A DNA stretch of 64,000 nucleotides from Octopus sinensis (taxonomy: Eukaryota), in contig NC_042997.1 in the NCBI RefSeq assembly GCF_006345805.1, forward strand, positions 183,644,001 to 183,708,000, in the 5' to 3' direction. The notes under the pieces are model-generated. The model saw only the letters and a program-made list of their open reading frames with translations. It was not told the origin of the DNA and searched no databases. The position numbers and the translations under genes were made by a program. Shown here one piece after another: positions 23,456 to 35,902 of this stretch. The number at the start of each line of letters is the position of its first letter. Position 1 is the first letter of the stretch.

Positions 23456-23750
23456 GTCTTCTACTATAGCCTCGGGCCGACCAAAGCTTTGTGTGTGGAT
23501 TTAGTAGACGGATACTGAAAGAAGCCCGTCGTATATATGTACATATATATATAAATGCGGAATATACTCGAGGATTTACGGTATATATATATGTACATAT
23601 ATACGACGGGCTTCTTTCAGTTTCCATCTACCAAATCCACTCACAAGGCTTTGGTCAGCCCGAGGCAATAGTAGAAGACACTTGCCCAAGGTGCCACGCA
23701 GTGGGACTGAACCCGGAACCATGTGGTTGGTAAGCAAGCTACTTACCACA
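23161..23750 (-). mobile_element. Family B SINE with an internal inverted segment and a Tigger-type end
   Basis: Minus-strand family B copy. 23456-23553 is inverted relative to 23582-23679; the spacer contains GCGGAATATACTCGAGGATTTACGG. Confidence 0.85.
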
Positions 23751-24417
23751 GGGGGAGGTGCGATTGTGTTACCTTGGTGTGCACAGTAACTGTATCGTTT
23801 TGCTTTTTGAAAAAGAGTCAAAAATTGACATGACTCCATCAGAAGATACTTTTGAAGTTTTCTTTCATGAAGTCTATAAGGTATCTCGGTTGCATACTTA
23901 GGTACGGAAGATTAGAGATAAATGAAGGATGATATCATCTGCATAGGGATAGGTGTTGTTTGGAATGACGGCAAGAACATCATTGATGTTGGAAGGTAAG
24001 TGTGAGAACAAAACCTAAAGAATACAAGAATTGATACTGTATGGATCAGACAGACAGACCGACAGACAGAGACAGAGTTAGACAGACAAAAGAGAGTGAG
24101 CTGTAGATTTTATTGTATGGCCTGCAGCAATCTTTAGTCTGGCCCCCGGCTCAATTTTATACATTTATTATTCGATGTACGCAATTGAAACAGCATTAAA
24201 TTAAAATAGCTATTTATGTGTCATACATAACGGGCATACACCACTGAGGGGCATGATGCTGTGTTTTTTTTGGGGGGGGGGGGCAGAGAGAAAACCTCTT
24301 CATAAATATATACCGTATTAAAACACAATATATATCGAAGCGAGACGAACACCTAATTTTTTTCAGCTCGGCGGTCACCAGCAATATTAGTGAATATATT
24401 ACTACTGTTTCCCTGTA

Positions 24418-24738
24418 TGTGGAGGCGCGTGGCTTAGTGGTTAGGGTGTCTGAATTATGATCGTAAGTGGCTGAGCACTCCACAGACACGTGTACCCTTA
24501 ACGTAGTTCTCGGGGAGATTCAGCGTGTCACAGAGTGTGACAAGGCTGACCCTTTGAAACACAGGTACAACAGAAACAGGAAGTTGTGGTGAAAGAGTAC
24601 AGCAGGGTTCGCCACCATCTGCTGCCGGAGCCTCGTGGAACTTTAGGTGTTTTCGCTCAATAAACACTCACAACGCCCGGTCTGGGAATCGAAACCGCGA
24701 GTCCGCTGCCCTAACCACTGGGCCATTGCGCCTCCACA
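24418..24738. mobile_element. Convergent SINE heads (plus head fused to a minus family E SINE)
   Basis: TGTGGAGGCGC..TGGC..AGTGGTTAGGG at 24418 and its near reverse complement ending at 24738; junction at AAG, 24465-24467. Confidence 0.8.
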
Positions 24739-25410
24739 TAGAGCTATGTATATACTGTGTATACATACATAAATTGTAAGGAACCGAGAGTGGACTTCCT
24801 GCACAGTCGCTTTCCTTGCTGTAAATAGCAACCATGTCTTTAAATCACACCTTACTTGTATGAATCGTATAGTCATGCATATACAAAATGATGGGATGAC
24901 TGGAACCTGGAACTAAACAATGCCAATAACATTATTAGGAACCATAAATAACACTGGTCTCTAAAATTGGTTGCATTAACACGCGTCGTATTTAGCAGTG
25001 AAATTGGTAAATTGTTGGCGTACTACATTAACCTGTCCGAGAACATTTTGATACCACCTCGTATCTTCTATTATAATTCCATTAAAGCGGCTCTCAACCA
25101 TTTTGCCATCGCGATACACTTCAGCAAATATATAATCTTCTGTAACACTTTATTAAGCGATTAAATAAAATTAAAAAAAGAAAACACATTTGTGCAGTTT
25201 AACGTTATTTATTGTTTTACTTGTTTCAGTCATGCTGGGACACTACCTTGAAGGGTTTAGGAAAAACCTCGACCCAAGTTTTTTTGTTTTTTTAAGTCTG
25301 GTATCTACTCTATTTTTCAGTCTCTTTTATCGAACCACTAAGTTACGGGAATGTACACAAACTAACACTAGTTGTAAAACGGTACAGGAACAAACACAAA
25401 TACACACACA

Positions 25411-25548
25411 CATACATACATACATACATACATACATACATACATACATACATACATACATACATACATACATACATACATACATACATACATACATACA
25501 TACATACATACATACATACATACATACATACATACATACATACATACA
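25411..25548. repeat. (CATA)n microsatellite
   Basis: Direct reading. Confidence 0.95.
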
Positions 25549-25868
25549 GCTTCTATATCCAAACTATGAATTCATATTCATACCAATAATAATTGGAGCG
25601 CTAGGTTTTGTTACTAAATGCTGAAAGGAGAATCTGGATAAACTTGCGATTTTCAGAAAGAGAAATCGACTGGCTAATTCGTACATTATAAGTGCAATCT
25701 GTGAGTGGAACAGTAAAAATATGCAAGAATGTTCTCAAGTTCCAAATGTGAATTTGTCTGTGTTAACTACATCCCAAAGATGGAGGCTTGTATCTTTGTT
25801 GGAAACCGAGTCCCTCCTCGGTGGAAGATTTATAATAATTAAAAAATAGAAGACACACATATATACAT

Positions 25869-25952
<84 letters not shown>

Positions 25953-26703
25953 GTAGTTGAAAAATATCGTTATAGGTATAAAATCACCATAAACAATTAT
26001 AGAAAAATGGAGGAGAAAAAGATGTTGAATCAAAATTAGATTTAATACAAAATAGGATGCAATACATACGCGCATTTCAAAGGACAATACAAATATGTAA
26101 GAAAAGAATTATAACCATAGTAATTATAATTAAATTTCTGCATTGTAATTTTCATCAGTGTGAGGAATTTTTGTAAGAACATCAAAAAAGGTTTAATAAA
26201 ATAAAGTAAAGTAAAATAAGATACAATAAGGGAGAATACAAATGGGGTAATAGGGAAAAAATCGGATATTAAAAGGAGAAAAAATAACAGTAATAATAAT
26301 AGGAAGAGAGTCGAAAAAGAAAAAAAACCCAGACATATCAATGTGTATGCAAGTCTATATGTGCGGTAAACTATAACATAAAAATAAGAATGAAAAGCTA
26401 ATGGGCATTTTTTATGTTAACAGGTCGAGACAAAGTATAATAAACAGGGCCACATGTGTATAGTAGTATATAACGTAACAGGTGGAATAGAAGAAAAAAA
26501 CATAGAGAGTTATACATATACATATTAATATTGGAAAACGAATAAAATATATGTATATATATTTTACACGAGGCTAAAAACTGATAGACAAGACTATGTT
26601 TGAAAAAAATCACAATATTAAAGTAAAAATGTACATACATGCAGAGAAAAACCCCAAAGAAAACTTAACAAGGAAAAAACATTGATCAGACAATACTGGC
26701 CGT

Positions 26704-26747
<44 letters not shown>

Positions 26748-26769
26748 AGCTTAGAGAAGAAGAAGAAAC

Positions 26770-27092
26770 CAAACGAAACCAAACGGATCGAATCGAATCG
26801 ACGCGAAGGCGCTCAGGCATACAATAGTATAATAAATAAAATATATGCATACATACAAACATATATGTACGTACCTACATCTACATGTATATATACATGC
26901 ATATATAAATATATATACGTGTGTACAGGACACCACAAATAGACGTAGAACTCAACGAGAAAGGAAACGTAAAAACAGCATGGAACGGACCATTTTTTTA
27001 ACAACGAAAAAAAAGAGTACAAGACAACTACACAAGGAAAAATCCCCTTCATCAGCTGTCCCTAGTTCAACTCCAGCGTGTTTCGAAGGTTA
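26770..27092 (-). mobile_element. Fragment of the ~860-nt repeat family (see 29790-30600 and 61409-62615)
   Basis: Minus strand CCTTCGAAAC...CTGATGAAGGGGATTTTTCCTTGTG and the GTGTCCTGTACAC...TATATATGCATAT tail, shared with 61.5 kb. Confidence 0.7.
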
Positions 27093-27143
27093 ATATATAT
27101 ATATATGCACGAGGGATAAACAGTAGCTTCACGACAATGTGAA

Positions 27144-27362
27144 GTATATTTGCCACTTAAATGTGGCTAACCACTAAGGGTAGATGTTACTGTATCTTGT
27201 AGCCCCAAGAGAACATCTTTTCCAGCTGGCTTTTGACACACTTTCTTTGTAAGCCTAGGCACAGAAAGTGTGTCAATAGCCAGCTGGAGAAGATGTTCTC
27301 CTGGGGCTACAAGCTACAGTAGCATCTACCCTTAGTGGTTAGCCATATTTAAATGTCAAATA

Positions 27363-27365
<3 letters not shown>
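27144..27365. mobile_element. Fold-back MITE-like palindrome, ~103-bp arms and 16-nt loop
   Basis: 27144-27246 versus the reverse complement of 27263-27365: 8 mismatches by manual alignment. Confidence 0.9.
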
Positions 27366-27401
<36 letters not shown>

Positions 27402-27403
<2 letters not shown>

Positions 27404-27780
27404 CGCAGGAGTGACTGTGTGGTAAGTAGCTTGCTTATCAACCACATGGTTCTGGGTTCAGTCCCACTGCGTGGCACCTTGGGCAAGTGTTTTCAACTAT
27501 AGTCTCGGGCCGAAGAAAGCCTTGTGAGTAGATTTGGTAGACGGAAACTGAAAGAAGCCCGTCGTATATATGTATATGTATCTATTTGTATTTGTTTGTG
27601 TGTCTGTGTTTGTCCCCCAACATCGCTTGACAACCGATGCTGGTGTGTTTACGTCCCCGTAACTTAGCGGTTCGGCAAAAGAGACCGATAGGCTTACAAC
27701 GAACAAGTCCTGGGGTCGATTTCTTCGACTAAATGCTGTGCTCCACAGTCAAATGACTGAAACAAGTAAAAGAGTAAAAC
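27402..27780 (+). mobile_element. Family B SINE
   Basis: Head GGCGCAGGAGTG through to the AAACAAGTAAAAGAGTAAAA tail. Confidence 0.9.
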
Positions 27781-27788
27781 AGTAAATA

Positions 27789-28552
27789 TCTCTCTATATA
27801 TAAACGGCAGTTTGTCTGTCTGTGTGTCTGTCAGGTTGTACCCTCACCCTGACCACGGGACACACACATAGCCCAATGTCATAATTCAAAACTAACGCAG
27901 CGAAAATTTTAAAAAGTTCCCCCAGTTCTGAAAAAAAATCGATAAATTCGACATGGGTCGAGAATCTAAGCTTTTTATATGCAACACATTTTCTACAGAC
28001 TGTCTAGGGGACGCAACTCGACCTTTTTAACTCTCGGAACACGTGGGGTAAGTATCCCAAAATGTATAAAAATGTACAAAAACGGCAAAAAAGCGGGCAG
28101 CAATGTGAGTGATAACAACGAAAAAGTCAAAAGTGACCAAACTGAACAAACGAATGGAAAAGGTTTTTTGATGCACACGACAAAAGCGGTTTATAATAAA
28201 CCAAGAGTTTGCAAGTAGCGTCCGAGGACCCTTGGGTACGTCAAAAATTTAAGGTAAAACGTTTGGGGTGGTAGTTATAAAGAAAGTGTAAACAAAGGAA
28301 GTATTCGAATAACTTGCGGCTGCAGCAGCTATTAGCAGTTTTGGGGGTAAAGTCTCGAATGTAATTTCTTCCTGGTAGGAATTGGTTGGGTTGAATTATC
28401 GATAGCTGTTTGAAAGTTATTTCGGAGTGAAGAGAAGACATTGCAACCTACAAATGCGACTTCGTTCCCTAGAGGGAAAGGACTAGATTAGGATTAGTCG
28501 TTGCCTACTAGGGGCTCTTACATACCCGGGCAACGCCGGGCTATGCTGCTAG
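27789..28552 (+). mobile_element. Non-autonomous Helitron (copy C, long form)
   Basis: A^TC at 27789, hairpin CCCGGGCAACGCCGGG, CTAG^T at 28549-28552. Confidence 0.9.
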
Positions 28553-28725
28553 TATATATATATATATATATTATATATATATATATATGTATATGTCCGC
28601 TACTACTAGTTTCACATGATGACCTTTATTTGTCATGTAGCGCCCGATAAACCTACATGACATGTACGTTAGACTATTAGTAGTGCGTATATACATTAAT
28701 ATATATATATACGGAGCACTCCGTC

Positions 28726-28985
28726 GGTTATGATGACGAGTGTCCCAGCTGATACGATCAACGGAACAGCTTGCTCGTGAAATTAACGGGCAAGAGACAC
28801 GTGTACTCTTAACTTAGTTCTCAGAGAGACTCAGCGTGACACAGAGTGTGAAAAGGCTGGCCTTTTGAAATACATGTACTACACATTTTTGTCAGCTGAG
28901 TGGACACATCAGTCGCCGGGAATTGAACTCACGACCTTACCATCGTGAGCCGATTGCTCCTAATCCCTAAGCCACGCGCCTTCAC
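28726..28985 (-). mobile_element. Family E-related SINE
   Basis: Reverse-strand head GTGAAGGCGCGTGGCTTAG and end ...ACCGACGGAGTGC. Confidence 0.75.
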
Positions 28986-29109
28986 TATATATATTTCCTG
29001 AGCGCCATACTAATACAATTGTTTGTTTGTATTCCACCTGCCTTCGTCTTTTGTTTATTTCCGTAAACCTGCCTTCGTCTTTTGTCTATTTTCATAAAGC
29101 TTCCCGTTA

Positions 29110-29626
29110 TCTATATATATAAAACTGTAGTTGTGTGAGTGTCTGTCTCCTACGATTTAGATTCCTAACTACTCCCACATTTTGCGGTGCAGTTTAACCA
29201 AATTCGGGTATCTTATAGTCGTGATTAATATCAAGCCCGTCTGGCTATTAGCGCGCGTCTACGATGAGTCTACGATTTTAAAAATAATTTAACATCATTT
29301 TTTATTCCATTTTAATGCATAATTTTTCGTGTGTCGATGGCGGCGGAGTTGGCGTCCACGCTCAAACACCTGCACCTGTGTTTGCTTCTCCCCCTTCTTC
29401 CCTCCCTCGTGAAGCTGTGGGGAAGGGAGTTTAAGGAAATCAACGTCGTAATGCGTTGTCAAGGAGACCAGCGTTCTTTTAGAACAACGACTTCATGGCT
29501 TGAAGACACCAAAACAGAAATGGCTAAGAAAGCCCGAATTGGCATCTATAAAGGAAGTAACTCTCTAAAAATGCTTATATAGTTATTTCCCTTACAAACC
29601 CGAGCAACGCCGGGCGATACTGCTAG
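29110..29626 (+). mobile_element. Non-autonomous Helitron (copy D)
   Basis: A^TC at 29110, hairpin CCCGAGCAACGCCGGG, CTAG^T at 29623-29626. Confidence 0.9.
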
Positions 29627-29789
29627 TATATATATATATATATGGCGGTGCCCCAGCATGGCCACAGCTCATTAGCTGAAACTGGAAAAATCAAATCAAA
29701 AATCAAATATATATATATATATATATATATACATACATACACATACATATATACATACACATATACATACATATATATATATATATAAT

Positions 29790-30600
29790 ATAAATAATAT
29801 ATAAATATATGCATATATTAAAAAAACATATCTGTACATACCTACATATATATGTATATATGTATATATACGTGCATATATTGGTACAGGACATCAAAAA
29901 ACGTGAACAAAATGAGAAACGAGAACATAAAAACAAAAAACATAGAAAACGAACTTTTTTTCGGACAACGAAAGAAACAAATAGAGAAACGAGAGGGGCA
30001 ACATAAAGAACATTCACTTCATCCGTTGTCCTCTGTTTTATCTACTCCGCGTTTCGAAAGTAGGGACCAGATGCGACTTCGTTAAAACAGTCCTTCCCGC
30101 AAAGCAAATTAAATAAAATTTGGGATTTTTTGCGAAGGGTTAAAGTGGTAACAAAAACAGGACAGTAAGAACAAAACAGTAAAATCAAACGGTAAGGATT
30201 GTTAAGCCATGACGAGGTGAAGTGGTGAACGCTGGAAAAAGATCTTTGAGAAGAGACAGGCAAAAGCACGTCTTGTCTTTAGGAAGGAAGTGGAACAAAG
30301 AAAGATAGATGGCCGTTGGTCACGTGTGAACAACGAGAGAGTCAAGGAGGAAGAGTGAGAGAGAGCGAGAGGGAACGGTGAAGAGGAGAAGAGAGGAGAA
30401 GAATAAGGAAAGGGTGGGAGAGAAAAACAGAAAATAAGAAGAACAAGAGAGGGAGATAGAAGAGAGATAGGATGTAGAGTGCGCATTGGAATTATTAAAA
30501 TAAAACTTACTTGGAAAAGGATGCGTGGTGTTCGATCATATAATAATATAAATAATATATAAACATATGCATATATACATACATATATGTACATATATAT
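29790..30600 (-). mobile_element. ~800-nt terminally redundant repeat of the 61.4-62.6 kb family
   Basis: Begins and ends with the same TACATAT..GTATATATGCATAT segment. Shares the pyrimidine-rich body and the TTTGCTTT.GCGGGAAGGA...TTCGAAACG segment with 61409-62615. Confidence 0.65.
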
Positions 30601-31246
30601 TCATGATAGGATTGCGCTCGACGCGCAACAATTAAACCATTCAGGTTTCGGCTCTAATGTTAATAGCCGTTAAACTCCTACCATCGCAAGGAACAAGTCC
30701 TCCGTATTTGAGGGTAGATTATGGCGTATTTCCTCTTCAGCTGCCTGATGATGTGTTTGCTTACCATGCTGGCCCTATGCAGAGAATCTACTGATTGGAT
30801 CTATCATGTGCTATTATGTGTTGCAGAATACTAAAATATTTATAACAGATGAAATAAAGTACCAGTGACTGCTGACATGGTGGAGCACCGCTTTTAGTCG
30901 AAGAAATCGACCCCAAGATTTATTCTTTGTAAGCCTAGTACTTATTCTATCGGAGTGTTTTGCCAAGGTGAACCTCTTTACCACACAGTTATGCACTTAA
31001 ATTGGGTACCTTCTTGGAGGGATATTCTTCATATACTATTTGTAGCAAATGTCATGCTGTATGTCTATGGCTTATTGTGTGCCATATTTATAAATATCCT
31101 CCATGACATCTTCAGAATTATACTAGGAGTGGTAGCTCAGTATGCCATTTAATTTGATAGATAAAAATAAAAGAAAGAACTAAAGTTACGGAGATCCAAT
31201 TTGAGTCACGCTCCATGGGTTGATAACCACTACATTATATGATACT

Positions 31247-31465
31247 AAGGCGGCGAGCTGGCAGAATCGTTAGCAGGTCGAGCAAAATGCTTAGCGGAAT
31301 TTCGTCCGTCTTTACCTTCTGAGCTCAAATTCTGCCGAGGTTGACTTTGCCTTTCATCGTTTCGGGGTCGATAAAATAAGTACCAGATGAGTCCTGGAGG
31401 TTGATGTAATCGACTTACCCGCTCCCCCGAAATTGCTGACCTAGTGCCAAAATTTGAAATTACAT
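31247..31465 (+). mobile_element. Family A' SINE (alternative 3' end)
   Basis: Family A head and Nin/Deu-like domain, ending ...CCTAGTGCCAAAATTTGAAA. Confidence 0.8.
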
Positions 31466-31631
31466 TTTATGAATATTAAGTCAACCCAGTACTGTACTTT
31501 ATTTCACCCACCCCGGAAAGATTGGAAGAAAAATAATTGAACTCGGTGGGATATGAACTCAAAACATAAAAGTTTGTAACTAAATTCTGTAGATATCTTG
31601 TGCGAGTGTTTTACGACTTTGTTAATCCACC

Positions 31632-32144
31632 TATTTCTTTACTACCCACAAGAGGCTAAACACAGAGAGGATAAACAAGGACACACACACGGATTAAGTC
31701 GATTATATCAACCCCAGTGCATAACCAGTACTTATTTAATCGACCTCGAAAGGATGAAAGGTAAAGTCGACCTCGGCGGAATTTGAACTCAGAACGTAGC
31801 GGCAGATGAAATACCTATTTCTTTACTACCCACAAGAGGCTAAACACAGAGAGGACAAACAAGGACACACACACGGATTAAGTCGATTACATCGACCCCA
31901 GTGCGTAACTGGTACGAATTTAATCGACCCCGAAAGGATGAAAGACAAAGTCGACCTCGGCGGAATTTGATCTCAGAACGTAACGGCAGACGAAATACCT
32001 ATTTCTTTACTACCCACAAGGGGCTAAGCACAGAGGGAACAAACGGATTAAGTCAATTATATCGACCCCAGAACGTAACGGCAGACGAAATACGGCTACG
32101 CATTTCGCCCGGCGTGCTAACGTTTCTGCCAGCTCGCCACCTTA
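31632..32144 (-). mobile_element. Family A SINE, three-body tandem
   Basis: One head and three bodies (one internally deleted); TSD ACTTTGTTAATC(C/T)ACC at 31616 and 32145. Confidence 0.9.
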
Positions 32145-32249
32145 ACTTTGTTAATCTACCGTCTAACTAAATTCTATACAACTAATGATAGGAAAGCATG
32201 CCAATGTAATTGCGTGTAATTCAATTAAATTCAATAGCCAGAATCTAAA

Positions 32250-32640
32250 TGCCGGTCTCGGACGTGGGTGACGGTAAGCACCCCGATGGAATAACCTTTT
32301 TTCCATTCGGAGACACTGCATGCAATAACATGTTCTCCAACCTTGCTGCATCGGATGCAAACCCAGGTGTCACCGCCTGTAATGAAAACAAATCAAAAAG
32401 TACAGGGGCCTGACCGGCTGCTATCAGTTTGTACCGGTCACTGTCGAGACGTCAGATGTTCTAGGACACCGTACTACCGCAAAATAGCGGTGAGGGCGGC
32501 CCGTCGGAGAAATGACACTCCCGCAAAGTGGAGTGGCTACCCGCAGCGAGCGTCGCTGGGCATTCTCACCGCGGTAAAGCCATCGCGGTCATTACCGCGA
32601 AGTGCGGCTGAGCACACCACTTGTTGTGGGGTATGTGACC
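32250..32640. other. GC/CpG-rich multi-hairpin island of unknown origin
   Basis: At least seven 5-7 bp stems in 390 nt; composition contrasts with the AT-rich surroundings. Confidence 0.5.
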
Positions 32641-32874
32641 CATCGCCCCTCCCCTCCACCTTCTGCTGCTTTACCCCACCCATCCCTTTTCTCTTTTCTT
32701 TCTTTTCCTTACCTCTCTTTTTTCCTGCTTCTCTGTATTTAAATTCATTTCGTGTCATTGAAATAAATTAACTTAAAATACAATGTGTAATTCAAAACTC
32801 CAGTTGGACATCTCATCCCATATGCATGCATAGCACACATTTATACATCTCTTAGTATACAGTTGCAATACTCA

Positions 32875-33030
32875 TGTGAAGGCGCGTGACCTACTGGTTG
32901 AGGTGTTGCACTCACGATTGCAAGGCCATGGTTTTGATTCCCGGACCGAGCGATGCGTTGTGTTGTTGAGCAAAACACTTCATTTCACGTCTCTCTGCAA
33001 TCACTTCGACATCTGACGCGTGGCACATCA
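32875..33030 (+). mobile_element. tRNA-derived SINE fragment with CORE-like box
   Basis: GTGAAGGCGCGTG..CTA.TGGTT head and TTGAGCAAAACACTTCATTTCAC. Confidence 0.75.
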
Positions 33031-33112
33031 CAAGTATAGGCAATACACCTTACACAGGGAATGTCAATATGGTGGAAAGATTGAATGAATGTACAACACA
33101 AATATTTGATTA

Positions 33113-33623
33113 CCGTAAATCCTCAAGTATAGTCCGCCCTTGAGTATAATACGCAGGGAATTTTTAGGGGGCTGTACCTCTGAAAAACCTAAACCTTGTG
33201 TATAATACGAACCCCTTCTCTAACTTGAGTCAAGGAGGTCTATATAACGTCCTTGGTTTGTAAAAATATATACGGTAACGTCCTTTAATATCATTGTACA
33301 TATAACATAATGCAAACGTGTAGCTTTTTTGCGCATTTTGTTTGCAGAAAATAAAGAAATAACAGTAATAACGTTTAATAAATGTTGCTTACTGCAAGTT
33401 ATGAATGATTCTTTTATGACTTCATTGCTTTCAGGCTTACCTTAAGGTATTTTCGCGCCCGACATCACAAAAAGCGTCTGAATAAACATTGCCGGACAGC
33501 AAATAGAGACTTGGACATTACTTATAAAATAATTTTCATTTTAAACCTCGTATATAATACGCACTAAGGATTTTGACCTTTAAATTTTTGGGGGAAATGC
33601 GGATTATACTCGAGGATTTACGG
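33113..33623. mobile_element. Tigger/pogo-type MITE
   Basis: TIR CCGTAAATCCTC(A/G)AGTATA(G/A)TCCGC matching at 23 of 25; TA at 33111-33112 and 33624-33625. Confidence 0.85.
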
Positions 33624-34799
33624 TACTATAAATGAATCGTCTGTGTAGGTTGGTTAGCAAAAAATTGCGAAACTCTCATCTGTCGTTCACAACAGGAGAT
33701 CACGCTTATTTTGTAACTTAGGTTGTTGAATGTTTACATAGAATTATTTCTAACAAAACAGTATTTTTTCTGGAGCGTTTCATAGGTAGCACTAAAACTG
33801 CAGTCTTAGGATAGAACATCTCTGAAAATTCTATTCTTCGTTATGCACTTGCCACCTTTTCTTTGTTGAGAGTTGTAATCTATCATTTATAATTTTTTTT
33901 TTATGTTGAGAAGTGGACGTGCTTCAGAAACAGCTACGCGTAATTCATGTGAGAAAATACTGGTTTATTTCACTTTGCTTTTCCATTGTGATTATGCTAA
34001 GAAAATTGCTAATAAAATTATTGAAAATGTGTTGAAAGAAAGCAAATGGTTAAAGTAATCATAACTATGGAACAAAATCGGAGACATAATCTAGCTATAA
34101 AATGCGACAAACGTTGATAGCGCTTTAACATGAATTTTTTTTACACCACAAACCGGTTTCTTACGAGACAATTTTTTCACGGACCGGAGATTCACGTGCA
34201 TTTCAAAACACAATAAAGTGCATAAGATATAATTTAATTATTACATATATAATACATATATAATGTAAAAATAACCGTTAGACTGTGATAGTCAATAAAA
34301 TAGAAACAAAATGATCCCGGCCCGGTACTGGTCCAAGCCTGGTGTTTGGGGATTGTACTTTAACATGTCTTACTCCTCTCTGTATTTTCACATACCATTG
34401 TTAAATTCAAGCGACTGAACTTGAACCCACTGTCTCAGTGGATTAGGATTCAGTTTGTCGAACAGCTGAATTACCTGCCTATTAAATTAGCATATAAGTA
34501 GCTGAACATTGCGCAGACACGTGTACAGTCATGTAATTATCAGGCAGAATCAGTGTGACAGTCTGTGACAATGTCGTAGATTTTTACTTAAAAGCACAGT
34601 TCCTCCGAATCGGTGGGCCTGAATCTATAGAAAATGATACTTGCCGAAGATTCCAAACGATATTATCGAACTCGGGAACTCTAAGATCTAACTTCTCAGT
34701 TAACGTCTTAAATATTCGAACATTTTGTGGATGATGTTTTGTGTCTCCTTTCTTCAGGAACAGTCAACGGCCTTGAAGATAATAAAGATTAAAGTTTAA

Positions 34800-35880
34800 G
34801 GGGAGAAAAAAGTTAGCTGACATGGAGGACTGGAAACCATCTGATTATCGGAAAAGAGTTACCTGTATCATAAAGATTCGTGTCAGGTATCAAAATGCTG
34901 ACATCGTAACTACAGCTCACTGCTCTGTAAACGCTGTGAAAGCTGTAAAACGTGATATGGACAGCTGCAACAGAAAGTACAAAGCCGTGGCCAGCAGAAG
35001 AGGTACAGCAGGTTTTCATGCCCAAAATTCATCTAACAGCTGCAGAACAAGATGATGGAAGATCCGCACAAGGGAATCCTGGATTTGACGAAAGAGATGC
35101 GTGTTGGAGTCTCCATCACGAAGCTGGCCCTGATTGAGAATCTTCAGTACCACTCGTACAAGAAGCGCAAGGGACAAATCCTGACAGCCAAGGCCAAAGA
35201 GAACCGCTTGACGAAGCACAAAGAAGCTCCTCAACAAGCTGAAGCATCCTGTTGAGCCGAAGATCATCTAGTTCTTCTCAGATAAAAAGGACTTCTGCCG
35301 GGAGCAGTTATACAACACCCAGAACAACAAGTGGCTTGCCTAAATCCATGTGATGTCCCATGTATCATGAAAATTAAGTTCCTCTAAACTGTGATGGTCT
35401 TTGGATCTATCTATAGTAACGGGACTTCATGCCGCCCCACATCTTTGAATAGGATCTTAGACTCAATTCAGATGGCTACGTGAATCTACTTGAGTTTGAT
35501 TAATCCCTGTATGGAGAGGGTTGCTTCTTGAAGGTTATATATGTGGCAGCAGGATTCGGCTTTTTGGCATATCTCCGGAAAGAACCAGAAGTGGTTGTCG
35601 AAGAATTTCTGCGACTTAAACAGCCTAATTTCTGGCCTTCCAATTTCCCCAATAGTAATACCATAAAGGACTATATGTGGAGCGCGATTGAGACAAACAC
35701 CAACAGCTCTACCTGCAACACCAAGACCGAGCTGGTGTCCAAGATTAAGGAGGTGTTCGAAGATCTTCCCAGCGACAGAGTGGGGAACGCTTGCGCAAAG
35801 TTCCGGAGCCATCTTGAGGCGGTGGGGAAAGCTGAGGGCGGCTACTTTCAGGAAACTTTTATCTCCCAGCCATAATCTAG
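34800..35880 (+). pseudogene. Decayed Tc1/mariner-superfamily transposase, DD37D (maT)-like
   Basis: Frameshifted motifs: KRKGQILTAKAKENRL, FFSDKKDF..(E)QLYNTQNNKWLA, MKIKFP.TVMVFG, FWPSNFPNSN..DYMWSAIE, NACAKFRSHLEAV.KAEGGYF. TIRs not found. Confidence 0.9.
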
Positions 35881-35902
35881 TTGATATACTTTGATTTATT
35901 TA

